Assembly (NCBI GenBank): GCA_004284765.1
Contig: NQJD01000005.1
Span: 30,001 to 62,000 of the forward strand
Origin: Candidatus Electronema aureum
GTDB taxonomy: Bacteria; Desulfobacterota; Desulfobulbia; Desulfobulbales; Desulfobulbaceae
Length of the DNA: 32,000 nt
Direction: 5' to 3'
Below, in pieces: positions 1 through 8,609 of the stretch. Every line of letters starts with the position of its first letter. Position 1 is the stretch's first letter. Below the pieces are notes generated by a model that saw only the letters and a program-made list of their open reading frames with translations, was not told where the DNA came from and did not search any database. Both the position numbers and the translations under genes were made by a program.

Positions 1-42
1 CTGCTGGTTGGCAGCGAAAAATGTCGGCGGAATTGGGGAAAG

Positions 43-1167
43 TTACTCTTCTTCGTCCATATCGAATTCTGGATCCGCCGAAGCTGGGCCTGCTGCTTCG
101 GCCTGCTGCTCATCGATCTTCTGCAAACCTTCCATCAGCAGGCCCATGAAACCGCCTAACGGCTGGAGCTTGTGGTATTTTGCGGCTAAGTGGGTGTTGT
201 AGCTGAAAGAACCTTTTTTCTTACCCATCACCGCAAACAGACCCTCTTTGCCCTCTAACTCGCCAAGAGTGGCATAGACAATCTCACCCTCATTAAAAAG
301 GATGACCGCATGGCCGTCGGGAAAAATCAGATCGACCTTACCGGATTTGCCGCCAGAATTGATCAGCTGAAACAACTCCACCGGACTGATATAAATCAAC
401 TCACCACTCATGCCAGAACTGATTTTACCGGAGCGGGCCATGTTCATCTGCGCCCGGTTAACCAAGAGGCGGTAGAAGAAAATTTGCAGCACTGGATACC
501 GGTTGAGGATGAACTTCAAATCCTTGCCGTTAATAGTGCCGAACTTAACCACCGTGCGCGAATAAACCGAGCTGCCCGCCGGTTCACCGGAAAGCAAGCT
601 CATCTCGCCAAAAATTTCTCCCCGTCCGATCTCAGCGATGACTTCTTTTTCGCCTTTGACAATGGCCACTTTACCGGAAAGGATAATGTAAAGATGGGTA
701 CCTCGAGTGCCTTCGGCAATGATCACTTTGCTGGGATCAAATTGCTTGAGCTTGAGCATGGAAATCAGATCAAGCAGATCGTGATCTTCGAGCAGCTCAA
801 AGACCTCCATCGTGCGCAAGTGCTTGAATAAAGCCTCAACATGCCGCTTGCGGGCCTTCTTATCCGCAATCCGCAGCAAGTTCATCTGGAGGGTAGAAAA
901 GCCCTTTTCCTTTTTGTACTCAAAGCGCATCGAGCCGGTGCAACCCGGACATTTGAACGAAGCCCGCTGCATCGACATTTGGGTGAAACGCTGTTCTCCC
1001 GGTTTTTTGACCAAAGCTTTGTGCAGTTCCTGCACCAGCAACATGCAGACAGGCTTTTCAAAATCGGCACTGACCGCACCATCTTGGACTTGGAGCTCTT
1101 CGCCTGTATTGTAGATGGGACAGGAGTCCTCCGAGGTGACGACAAAAACAGCGTTGCGATAATCCAT
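43..1167 (-). CDS. cyclic-nucleotide-binding domain protein with C-terminal DUF4388 (PATAN-associated) type domain
   Basis: Long ORF. The central segment IIAEGTRGTHLYIILSGKVAIV...GEIFGEMSLLSGEP matches the cNMP-binding beta-barrel signature. The C-terminal GELIYISPVELFQLINSGGKSGKVDLIF..GEIVYATLGELEGKEGLFAVM looks like DUF4388. The N-terminal ~110 aa is unassigned and contains CPGC. Start set at the first ATG (the track start is TTG at 1176); there is no strong RBS. Confidence 0.7.
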   Translation of the reverse strand: MDYRNAVFVVTSEDSCPIYNTGEELQVQDGAVSADFEKPVCMLLVQELHKALVKKPGEQRFTQMSMQRASFKCPGCTGSMRFEYKKEKGFSTLQMNLLRIADKKARKRHVEALFKHLRTMEVFELLEDHDLLDLISMLKLKQFDPSKVIIAEGTRGTHLYIILSGKVAIVKGEKEVIAEIGRGEIFGEMSLLSGEPAGSSVYSRTVVKFGTINGKDLKFILNRYPVLQIFFYRLLVNRAQMNMARSGKISSGMSGELIYISPVELFQLINSGGKSGKVDLIFPDGHAVILFNEGEIVYATLGELEGKEGLFAVMGKKKGSFSYNTHLAAKYHKLQPLGGFMGLLMEGLQKIDEQQAEAAGPASADPEFDMDEEE

Positions 1168-1212
1168 GCTGGTCAACCCGATTCAGAAAAAAGGAAAAAG
1201 TCCCGGCGATGC

Positions 1213-1557
1213 TCAAGATCGTCCGAAGAATAGATAAATGACAAAGGCTAGCACTGCGGCAGCTCCAGCTAACACTGGTAGCACTTTTTTAATCTGTAGC
1301 GTACCGTCCACAACTAAGGTTTGCATATACTCAGTTCCTGAGAGCCACCAAAGAGCAACGAAGATTACGACAATAATCAGCTCGTTGAAAGACTGCTTCC
1401 AGATGAGATAGCCAATCAAGGCGACAAAAGGAACCATAAACCAAGGGTTGGTAAATAGGCCGGTAAAATCAACATCCTTGATCTGCTGAGGGACATTGGT
1501 ACTCTGGAGCCAAGCACCAATTTTTGCGACAAAACCATCCGCTGCTGCGCTTGCCAT
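1213..1557 (-). CDS. small integral membrane protein (3 predicted TM helices), unknown function
   Basis: The ORF has hydrophobic stretches (WFMVPFVALIGYLIW, LIIVVIFVALWWL, VLPVLAGAAAVLAFVIYLFF). The internal ATG at 1557 is preceded by GAGGAG about 8 nt upstream, so it is preferred over the track start at 1620. Confidence 0.55.
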   Translation of the reverse strand: MASAAADGFVAKIGAWLQSTNVPQQIKDVDFTGLFTNPWFMVPFVALIGYLIWKQSFNELIIVVIFVALWWLSGTEYMQTLVVDGTLQIKKVLPVLAGAAAVLAFVIYLFFGRS

Positions 1558-1755
1558 TTTTCTACTCCTCTTATCTTTGGTATTCTGCCCTCCGGTGGGT
1601 TGCATCCGCTTCTGACCCAACTCGGAAAAATTATTTTTTATATGGTTTAGAGTACCAGCGGAGGTAAAATCATGTCAATTAAAAACCTTGTCCATCGCAG
1701 GCTATTTTCCCGCCGTCCGTGGAAAATCCGGCAGACGGCGGCTCTTGCCCGGCAG

Positions 1756-2022
1756 TCAGGAAGAAGCAGGACAAGTTTTACAATCTCCTGCGCAGGCGAC
1801 AGGAAGAGTTTTGCTCTCGCTGCTTCCGGCTTCCTTGCTGCTGCCGGAACTATAGCCATCCGCATACCAACCGCCGCCCTTCAAATGAAAGGCACTCGCG
1901 GAAACTAACTTTTTCACGGTGCTACCGCATTCGGAACAAATGGTCAGCGGCGGATCGCTAATTTTTTGCTGTAGCTCAAACACTCGTTCGCAGGTGGAAC
2001 ATTTGTACTCGTACACAGGCAT
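1756..2022 (-). CDS. FmdB-family putative regulatory zinc-ribbon protein
   Basis: The N-terminus MPVYEYKCSTCERVFELQQKISDPPLTICSECGSTVKKLVS is the canonical CxxC...CxxC FmdB/CxxC_CxxC_SSSS pattern. A GAGGTG RBS lies 6 nt upstream of the ATG. Confidence 0.8.
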   Translation of the reverse strand: MPVYEYKCSTCERVFELQQKISDPPLTICSECGSTVKKLVSASAFHLKGGGWYADGYSSGSSKEAGSSESKTLPVACAGDCKTCPASS

Positions 2023-2552
2023 TTCGTCACCTCGTTGTATATCGTCAACTGATCAATATTATTGTTGCAATCTACAGTCAGCACAGCTGGCAACACAATA
2101 ATGCTGCTTCAGCGACCTGTCAACTATGAAAGAGTGGAATAGCGCAGTCTCTTTGCAGACTACAGACTGTTCTGCATGACGATAGAAACCAGCTTCGACC
2201 ATCTGATTGTCGCAAAAATTCAGGCCGATCGTTACCGATCCTCTATGTCAGATCGCACTGAGGAAATTCAAAATAAATTTTTCCCGCTGCGTAATAGTAT
2301 TGCACTGCACAAATAAATCAGATACAGTAATCAAATTTGATTTATATATCATCGGTAGCGGACACCAGCTTGTTCGCGTATGACCATGCGGCAGCGAGTA
2401 CAGTTCTGATCCTATCGGCGGCAAAAAAAAACAGCAAATATGCTATAGAATCATCGACGTTTTTTAAAGAAAAAAAGAACCGATGTACAGCTGGTCTCAC
2501 AAGATTGGCAACAGCTATTTTTCTGTATTTTTTCGCCAGCAAGAGAGGTGGA

Positions 2553-2581
2553 TTGCCGATTTTATTTTCATCCGCTACTAT
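2553..2581 (+). promoter_or_regulatory. candidate sigma70 promoter for the MucR-family gene
   Basis: TTGCCG (2553-2558), a 17-nt spacer, then TACTAT (2576-2581), about 30 nt upstream of the ATG at 2614. Pattern match only. Confidence 0.4.
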
Positions 2582-2613
2582 ATTCTCAACCATTCATTTG
2601 CAAGGAGTACAAC

Positions 2614-3051
2614 ATGAGTAAAACATTAGTTGAAATGACCGCTGAAATCATCCAGTCCCAAATCAGCGGTTCCAGTATGAATACCGACGAAATCAAGGCA
2701 GCTCTGCATCACACCTATCAGACCCTGAAAGAGTTGCAAGAGGCTGAGGCTGTTGGCGGTGGCGTGGAGGAAAAGGATGTTGCGCCTTCTATGGACCCAA
2801 AACGTTCTATTCGCAAGAATGAAATCGTTTGTTTAGAATGCGGCCAGTCGTTCAAGATGCTGACCAAACATCTGAAGTCACACAACATGACTTCAAGGGA
2901 ATACCGTAAAAAATACGGTTTTGCCAGCCGTCAGTCGCTCTGTGCTAAGGCACTGTCCGATGAGCGTTCTGCGGCCAGCAAAGAGCGTGGCATTCATCCT
3001 AACCTGCGTAAGTCTATCGCCGAGCGGGCTGGCAAGAGCAAAAAGAAGTAA
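2614..3051 (+). CDS. MucR/Ros-family zinc-finger transcriptional regulator
   Basis: CLECGQSFKMLTKHLKSHNMTSREYRKKYGF is the Ros/MucR C2H2-like zinc finger and flanking motif. The ATG at 2614 follows AAGGAG with 6-nt spacing. The longer track ORF (from 2548) lacks an RBS. Confidence 0.85.
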   Translation: MSKTLVEMTAEIIQSQISGSSMNTDEIKAALHHTYQTLKELQEAEAVGGGVEEKDVAPSMDPKRSIRKNEIVCLECGQSFKMLTKHLKSHNMTSREYRKKYGFASRQSLCAKALSDERSAASKERGIHPNLRKSIAERAGKSKKK

Positions 3052-3072
3052 TATCTCTTTTCGCTGTTCAGC

Positions 3073-3861
3073 ATGATCGGCATTTTTGACTCTGGGGTCG
3101 GCGGGATGACTGTCGCCAAGGCAATTGAAGACCTTTGTCCTCAATTGCCGCTGATTTATTTTGGTGACATCGCTCGTAGTCCCTACGGTTCCAAAAGTCC
3201 TGAAGTCATTACCGACTGCTGCCGTCGCAACACCGACTTTTTGCTCAGTCAGGGAGCGGAAGCGGTGGTAATTGCCTGCAATTCGGCAGCTGCCACTGCT
3301 TCTGCAACCTTGCGGCAGCAGTATTCGGTGCCAATCATCGACGTGGTCGCGGCCACAGCGGAAAAAGCTGCGACTGTGACCACTACTGGTAAAATCGGTA
3401 TCATCGGCACGAGGGCGACTATTCGCTCGCAGGTCTATGAGCAGCGTCTGGAGGCAATTCGGCCCGGTTGCCGAATTGTCAGCCAGGCGTGTCCGCTGTT
3501 AGTTCCTTTAGTAGAAGAAGATTGGCTTGATAAGCGGGAAACGAAAATGATCCTGCGTCGTTATCTGCACCCATTACGTCAGCAGCAAATCGACACTCTT
3601 ATTCTGGGTTGTACCCATTATCCCCTGCTCGGCGGGCTGATTCAGGAACGAATCGGCAGGCGAGTACGGCTGATTGACTCCTCAGCAGAGGCTGCTCGAC
3701 ATTTAAAAGAATTTCTTGATAAAAATCCTGAGATCGGCTCAAATATGGCGGACGATAGTCGGCAGAGCCGTTTTTTTGTTTCCGACTCCACCGGCCCGGT
3801 GCAGCAGCTTGCTGACCGCATTTTTGGTCGATCTATTCATTTGGAAAAAATAGATGTGTAA
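3073..3861 (+). CDS. murI: glutamate racemase
   Basis: IGIFDSGVGGMTV at the N-terminus, plus ACNSAAA and GCTHYPLL, the two catalytic-Cys motifs of MurI. Confidence 0.9.
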   Translation: MIGIFDSGVGGMTVAKAIEDLCPQLPLIYFGDIARSPYGSKSPEVITDCCRRNTDFLLSQGAEAVVIACNSAAATASATLRQQYSVPIIDVVAATAEKAATVTTTGKIGIIGTRATIRSQVYEQRLEAIRPGCRIVSQACPLLVPLVEEDWLDKRETKMILRRYLHPLRQQQIDTLILGCTHYPLLGGLIQERIGRRVRLIDSSAEAARHLKEFLDKNPEIGSNMADDSRQSRFFVSDSTGPVQQLADRIFGRSIHLEKIDV

Positions 3862-4570
3862 TTCGGTGTTCCGCAAATCTTTTATCCTTCCCTTATTGTT
3901 CCTTTTTCTGCTGACGGCTACCGGGTTACATGAAGCCCGCGCTGCTTCCGAATCGGAGCTGCGTCAGCAGGTCGAAAATATGCAGAAAGTTTACCGTAGC
4001 TTGACCAGTTTCAGCTTTGATTTTCGTCAGCTTACTCGCAGCGGTGGGCGTGATCGGCATGGTGCGGGCAACAGTATTTTTTATCGGCCCGCAAGCGGTA
4101 GTACGGGCATTATGCGCTGGAACTACAATGAGCCGGATAAACAAATTATTCTGAATGACGGCAAAAAATTGTCTGTTTATACGCAAAAGGACAAACAAGT
4201 GCTGGTTTCATCAGCAGCAGAGTTAGAATCTGACATCACCTATTCTCTCTTCGCAGGAAATCGTAACTTAACCGATGATTTCAACGTGCGACCTGCCGAG
4301 AGTCGTTTTACCACCGGTGGTATTCGTCAGGATATTCAAGTGGCGCAGCTCGTTCCAAAACAGCCGCACGGTCAAATTAAGGCAGTGCATGTATGGTTTG
4401 ACGGCAAATCTATGATTCAAAAATTGGTAATGGAAGATCATTTTGATACGCTAACGGAATTGGTATTCAGCAATATCAAATTCAACGCTCTTCCTGCCGG
4501 TTCTGCCAAAACGGTGGAAGAGCTTGTCCGGCTGGATTTGCCACCGGGAACTGAGGTGGTGGAGCAGTAA
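3854..4570 (+). CDS. LolA-like outer-membrane lipoprotein carrier family protein
   Basis: N-terminal signal peptide (LPLLFLFLLTATGLHEARA). A LolA-like pattern is present (SFSFDFRQ..., ...KQIILNDGKKLSVYTQKDKQV, ...LVPKQPHGQIKAVHVWFD). The start overlaps the murI stop by 8 nt. Confidence 0.65.
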   Translation: MCNSVFRKSFILPLLFLFLLTATGLHEARAASESELRQQVENMQKVYRSLTSFSFDFRQLTRSGGRDRHGAGNSIFYRPASGSTGIMRWNYNEPDKQIILNDGKKLSVYTQKDKQVLVSSAAELESDITYSLFAGNRNLTDDFNVRPAESRFTTGGIRQDIQVAQLVPKQPHGQIKAVHVWFDGKSMIQKLVMEDHFDTLTELVFSNIKFNALPAGSAKTVEELVRLDLPPGTEVVEQ

Positions 4571-4697
4571 GAGATTTTGGGAATCTTTGTAAGTTTTTAA
4601 GAATATTTTCATGTTGATTCAACAGATTAACAAAAAGAATGTACGCATAGGGTGTTCATTCAGCATATAACCGCTATATGTTGAATAGGAGGATAAT

Positions 4698-5444
4698 ATG
4701 AAAAAACTTCAAAATATCAATGATAGGTTGACGATGTGCCTAATTGAAGCGGTTAGAGTCTCTTATCTAATCGCTGAATTAAATTATAATAATTTATTAG
4801 AATCGTTAAAGATATTCGATAATTCTAACACGAAATCCGTCGTGTTGATTTATTCTTCGGCATGGACATTGGTTGACATGCTGCATAGATATGGTGATTG
4901 TATAGGGAAAATACGAGGGCTTTCTCATAAAGATGAGAGATATTCTCATTTTTCTAGTTGCATCAAAGAAATAAATTCTTTTAGAAATTACATACAGCAT
5001 TTATCTGGCTCAAAAACTTCCCCTAAATTGGCAAAAGATGATGTGTATCCAGTGATAGGCGCAATATCCTATTCATTTGATAGTGTAACTTCAAAAACAG
5101 TAGCATATGCAACATTGCCAACCGGGACTGTCTTTAATACGTTAGCATACAGTGTAAATGATAAAAAATATGAAATAGATATTAAAATAGGATGTCTTGA
5201 CAAGGAGCTGTCATTAATGAAGTCAATAGAAAAAATGAAAAGTTGTCACTCTTATTTCAATGAATTTCTTCTTTCCAAGGGATTCATTTCAGATGAAGAG
5301 CTGAAAGTTCTTTATCTTGAGAGTGGGCCTATCTCTACGAATATAATTTCAGAAGAAGGGATTGATCTCTCTGATATTTATAGAGATATATTTAACAATC
5401 ATAAACATAACGTGCGATTAAAAGCAACTATTGTTAAATATTAA
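4698..5444 (+). CDS. hypothetical protein in a low-GC insert; candidate HEPN-like (RNxxxH motif) protein
   Basis: 248-aa ORF with AGGAGG 6 nt upstream of the ATG. It is markedly AT-rich (about 32% GC by eye) compared with its neighbours. SFRNYIQHL (R96...H101) fits the Rx4-6H HEPN signature, with the typical Asn after Arg. No other family was recognised. Confidence 0.6.
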   Translation: MKKLQNINDRLTMCLIEAVRVSYLIAELNYNNLLESLKIFDNSNTKSVVLIYSSAWTLVDMLHRYGDCIGKIRGLSHKDERYSHFSSCIKEINSFRNYIQHLSGSKTSPKLAKDDVYPVIGAISYSFDSVTSKTVAYATLPTGTVFNTLAYSVNDKKYEIDIKIGCLDKELSLMKSIEKMKSCHSYFNEFLLSKGFISDEELKVLYLESGPISTNIISEEGIDLSDIYRDIFNNHKHNVRLKATIVKY

Positions 5445-5503
5445 ATAATTTCTGCATGTTCGTGCAAAATAATTTTTCCAGAATCCTTTGATTATCCACC
5501 ACC

Positions 5504-6667
5504 ATGACCCAAGAATCCTTTGCAGACCTGTTCCAAGAAAAAACCGTCAATAGCCAAGATATCCGGCCTGGCGATAAGATAGAGGCAGTTATTGCCGACA
5601 TCAGCGGCGAGAACATTTTTCTTGATCTCGGCGGCAAAAGCGAGGGTGTCCTTAATGCAGCCGAATGCCGCAACGCAGACGGCGAGCTGACTGTCAGCGT
5701 TGGCGATAAAGTTTTCGTCTTTTTCTTGGCGCGACGTGGCGGTGAAATGGTCTTTACCGCTCGTGTCGGTTCAGGACATGTCAGCAGTGAAGAGCTGGAG
5801 CAAGCGTTTCAAGCGGGCATTCCGGTCAAGGGCAAGGTAACAGCGGAAATTAAAGGCGGCTTCCAAGTGACGGTAGCTGGCCAGCGAGCCTTTTGCCCCT
5901 ATTCTCAAATGGGCTTGCATCGGGTCGAATCAGCGGCAGATACCTATTTAGACCAAGAAATGATCTTTAAGATCATAGAATTTGGCAACAAAGGTCGCAA
6001 TATCATCGTCTCCGCCCGTGCTGTGCAGGAACAAGAGCGCGAGCAGCGCAGAGAGCAACTTCGCGAGAGCCTGCACGAAGGCGACCGGGTTGAGGGCACT
6101 GTCAGCTCAATCCGCGAATTTGGGGCCTTTGTTGATCTCGGCGGCGCGGACGGCCTGATTCCGATTTCCGAACTCGCTTGGGGGCAAACTGAGCGGGTTG
6201 ATGATGTTCTCAGTATCGGCCAGCAAGTCGCAGTGGTAATCAAAAAAATTGACTGGGCCAAAGAGCGCATCTCTCTCAGCCTGCGTGATACGCTGGAAAA
6301 TCCTTGGGATCGGGTCGAGGAAAAATACGCACCTGCCAGTATTCATAACGGCACGGTTTCGCGGTTGACCGCCTTTGGCGCGTTCATTTCCTTGGAGCCG
6401 GGCGTTGACGGCTTGCTGCACATTTCCCGGCTGGGTTCAGGTCGTCGCATCAATCATCCTCGCGAAGTATTGTCTATTGGCCAAGCTGTAACGGTAAAAA
6501 TCGACGGCATAGACAAGGAGCAACAGCGCATTTCCTTGGTGCCAGAAGATTACACCTCCAAGGCAGAAGAGGATCAAAATTACACCCCGCCGCCTAAAGA
6601 CGCTGAACCCAAGTCAATGGGTACTTTTGCCGATCTGCTCAATAAGGCAGCAAAAAAGAAGCGGTAA
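5504..6667 (+). CDS. S1 RNA-binding domain protein (four S1 repeats; ribosomal protein S1-like)
   Basis: MTQESFADLF resembles an S1 N-terminus. Repeated S1-fold motifs are present (G.V..I..FGAFVDLGG.DGL.HISEL, FGAFISLEPGVDGLLHISRL). At 387 aa it is shorter than canonical RpsA. Confidence 0.8.
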   Translation: MTQESFADLFQEKTVNSQDIRPGDKIEAVIADISGENIFLDLGGKSEGVLNAAECRNADGELTVSVGDKVFVFFLARRGGEMVFTARVGSGHVSSEELEQAFQAGIPVKGKVTAEIKGGFQVTVAGQRAFCPYSQMGLHRVESAADTYLDQEMIFKIIEFGNKGRNIIVSARAVQEQEREQRREQLRESLHEGDRVEGTVSSIREFGAFVDLGGADGLIPISELAWGQTERVDDVLSIGQQVAVVIKKIDWAKERISLSLRDTLENPWDRVEEKYAPASIHNGTVSRLTAFGAFISLEPGVDGLLHISRLGSGRRINHPREVLSIGQAVTVKIDGIDKEQQRISLVPEDYTSKAEEDQNYTPPPKDAEPKSMGTFADLLNKAAKKKR

Positions 6668-6678
6668 CTTCAGCAAAG

Positions 6679-6709
6679 GCCCCTGTCTGAACAAAATTCA
6701 AACAGGGGC
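6679..6709. terminator. hairpin between convergent genes (possible bidirectional terminator)
   Basis: GCCCCTGT (6679-6686) pairs with ACAGGGGC (6702-6709) around a 15-nt loop. The U-tracts are weak on both strands. Confidence 0.35.
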
Positions 6710-6719
6710 GGAAAGAAAT

Positions 6720-7715
6720 CTACGCCGCTTGCTGCAACGCCACCGCTACCGCTACCGAAGCCCCAACCATCGGGTTGTTGCCCATACCGATAAAGCCCAT
6801 CATTTCGACATGTGCAGGCACTGAGGACGAACCCGCAAACTGCGCGTCACAGTGCATCCGGCCCATCGTGTCAGTGAGACCGTAAGAGGCTGGGCCAGCA
6901 GCCATGTTGTCCGGATGCAGCGTCCTGCCAGTGCCGCCGCCAGAAGCGACAGAAAAATACTTCCGGCCCAGCTCTAAACATTCCTTCTTGTAGGTGCCTG
7001 CGACCGGATGCTGGAAACGGGTGGGGTTAGTCGAGTTGCCGGTGATCGACACATCGACCAACTCCAAATGGTTGATCGCCACGCCTTCGCGCACATCATC
7101 GGCACCGTAACAGCGCACCTTGGCGCGTTCTCCGATAGAGAAGGATTTTTCCAGCACGATGTTAAGTATGCTGCCCGCATAGTCGTATTGCGTCTTCACA
7201 TAGGTAAAGCCGTTGACGCGCGAGATGATATAGGCCGCATCCTTGCCCAAACCGTTAAGAATCACACGCAGCGGCTCAGTACGCACCCGATTAGCGGACT
7301 TGGCAATGCCGATGGCTCCTTCCGCCGCCGCAAAAGACTCATGCCCAGCAAGAAAAGCGAAGCATTTGGTTTCCTCGCTGAGGAGCCGCGCTGCCAAATT
7401 GCCGTGACCAATGCCCACCTTACGATTTTCCGCCACTGAGCCGGGAATACAGAACGCCTGCAAGCCAATACCCAAAGTGGAGGCGATTTCTACCGCTTTT
7501 TTCTGCCCCTTTTTCAGAGCAATGGCGGCACCAGCGATATACGCCCAGCAGGCGTTTTCAAAACAAATCGGCTGCACCTCTTTGACTAAGGCATAAACAT
7601 CCACGCCCGCATCTGAGCTTATTTGCTTGGCTTCGGCCAAATCTTTGATCCCGTGTTCAGCCAGCACCGCATTGATCTTGTCGATTCTCCGCTCGTATCC
7701 TTCAAAAAGTGCCAT
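6720..7715 (-). CDS. GGGtGRT-motif protein (uncharacterised family)
   Basis: Contains the eponymous motif SVASGGGTGRTLHPDN. The start at ATG 7715 is preceded by GGAAGGAG. The longer track ORF (to 7826) overlaps the upstream gene. Confidence 0.85.
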   Translation of the reverse strand: MALFEGYERRIDKINAVLAEHGIKDLAEAKQISSDAGVDVYALVKEVQPICFENACWAYIAGAAIALKKGQKKAVEIASTLGIGLQAFCIPGSVAENRKVGIGHGNLAARLLSEETKCFAFLAGHESFAAAEGAIGIAKSANRVRTEPLRVILNGLGKDAAYIISRVNGFTYVKTQYDYAGSILNIVLEKSFSIGERAKVRCYGADDVREGVAINHLELVDVSITGNSTNPTRFQHPVAGTYKKECLELGRKYFSVASGGGTGRTLHPDNMAAGPASYGLTDTMGRMHCDAQFAGSSSVPAHVEMMGFIGMGNNPMVGASVAVAVALQQAA

Positions 7716-7719
7716 GATT

Positions 7720-8412
7720 TTACTCCTTCCGGGGATCAACTGTTTTGACGGCCTCGGCAAACCGCCCGTAGGTGCCAGTGGCCTTTGCCATTGCCTCTGC
7801 CGGATCAATGCCTTTCTTGATCGCATCCATCATCGGCCCGATTTTGACGAACTTATAGCCAATAATTTCATCGTTCTTATCTAAGCCAAGTTCCATAATG
7901 TAGCCCTCGGCCAGCTCCAGATAGCGCGGCCCTTTCAGCCGGGTGCCGTAGGTGGTGCCGGTGACAGAGCGTAGCCCCTTGCCCAAGTCCTCCAGTCCTG
8001 CGCCGATGGGCAGCCCGCCCTCAGAAAAGGCAGATTGGCTGCGACCATAGCTGATCTGTAAAAACAGTTCGCGCATGGCCACGTTGATGGCATCGCAGAC
8101 CAAATCGGTGTTCAGCGCCTCCAAAATGGTCTTGCCCGGCAGAATCTCCGAGGCCATCGCTGCCGAGTGGGTCATACCGGTGCAGCCGATGGTCTCAACT
8201 AACGCTTCCTCGATGATGCCGTTTTTGATGTTCAGGGTCAGCTTGCAGGCCCCCTGATTCGGAGCGCACCAGCCCACGCCGTGGGTTAAGCCGTTGATCT
8301 CGCCAATCTGACGCACCTGATTCCACTGCCCTTCTTGGGGAATGGGCGCAGGGCCGTGGTTCGTTCCCAAGGCAATACAGTGCATCTCTTTGACTTCGTG
8401 AGAATATTCCAT
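7720..8412 (-). CDS. NifU/IscU N-terminal-like scaffold-domain protein with C-terminal extension
   Basis: GVGWCAPNQGACKLTLNIKNGIIEEALVETIGCTGMTHSAAMASEILPGKTILEALN parallels the IscU pattern (C...C...GC..aiAs...GKt..eA). The ATG at 8412 follows GAGGAGAA. The gene lies 4 nt upstream of the GGGtGRT gene, so it is probably in the same operon. Confidence 0.7.
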   Translation of the reverse strand: MEYSHEVKEMHCIALGTNHGPAPIPQEGQWNQVRQIGEINGLTHGVGWCAPNQGACKLTLNIKNGIIEEALVETIGCTGMTHSAAMASEILPGKTILEALNTDLVCDAINVAMRELFLQISYGRSQSAFSEGGLPIGAGLEDLGKGLRSVTGTTYGTRLKGPRYLELAEGYIMELGLDKNDEIIGYKFVKIGPMMDAIKKGIDPAEAMAKATGTYGRFAEAVKTVDPRKE

Positions 8413-8609
8413 AGTAGTTCTCCTCAGTAAAAATAAATGGTAAACTGCGCCCATGATACCAGCCGCCGCTGCAAAACGCCACTGCATTCAGGAACTTCCC
8501 GTTTTTTCCTCCTCTTTGGGGCAGTGGTTGACTTTTTTGCTTACCGCCGCTAAGGTGTTTATACTCAATCGATTGATTTTCAGAACAGCCCGGTAGCAAG
8601 GAGCAAGGC

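Noticed and set aside
310-1233. Several + strand ORFs (173, 100 and 130 aa) overlapping the cNMP-binding gene
   Set aside because: They are antisense to a gene with clear domain signatures, and they lack motifs and RBSs.
2085-2106. A sigma54-type promoter at TGGCAACACAATAATGC
   Set aside because: The GG-to-GC spacing is two nt too long for the -24/-12 consensus, and the -12 element is poor.
2337-2621. 94-aa (+) and 83-aa (-) ORFs in the mucR upstream region
   Set aside because: They overlap each other on opposite strands, run through homopolymer tracts, lack an RBS, and have implausible low-complexity composition.
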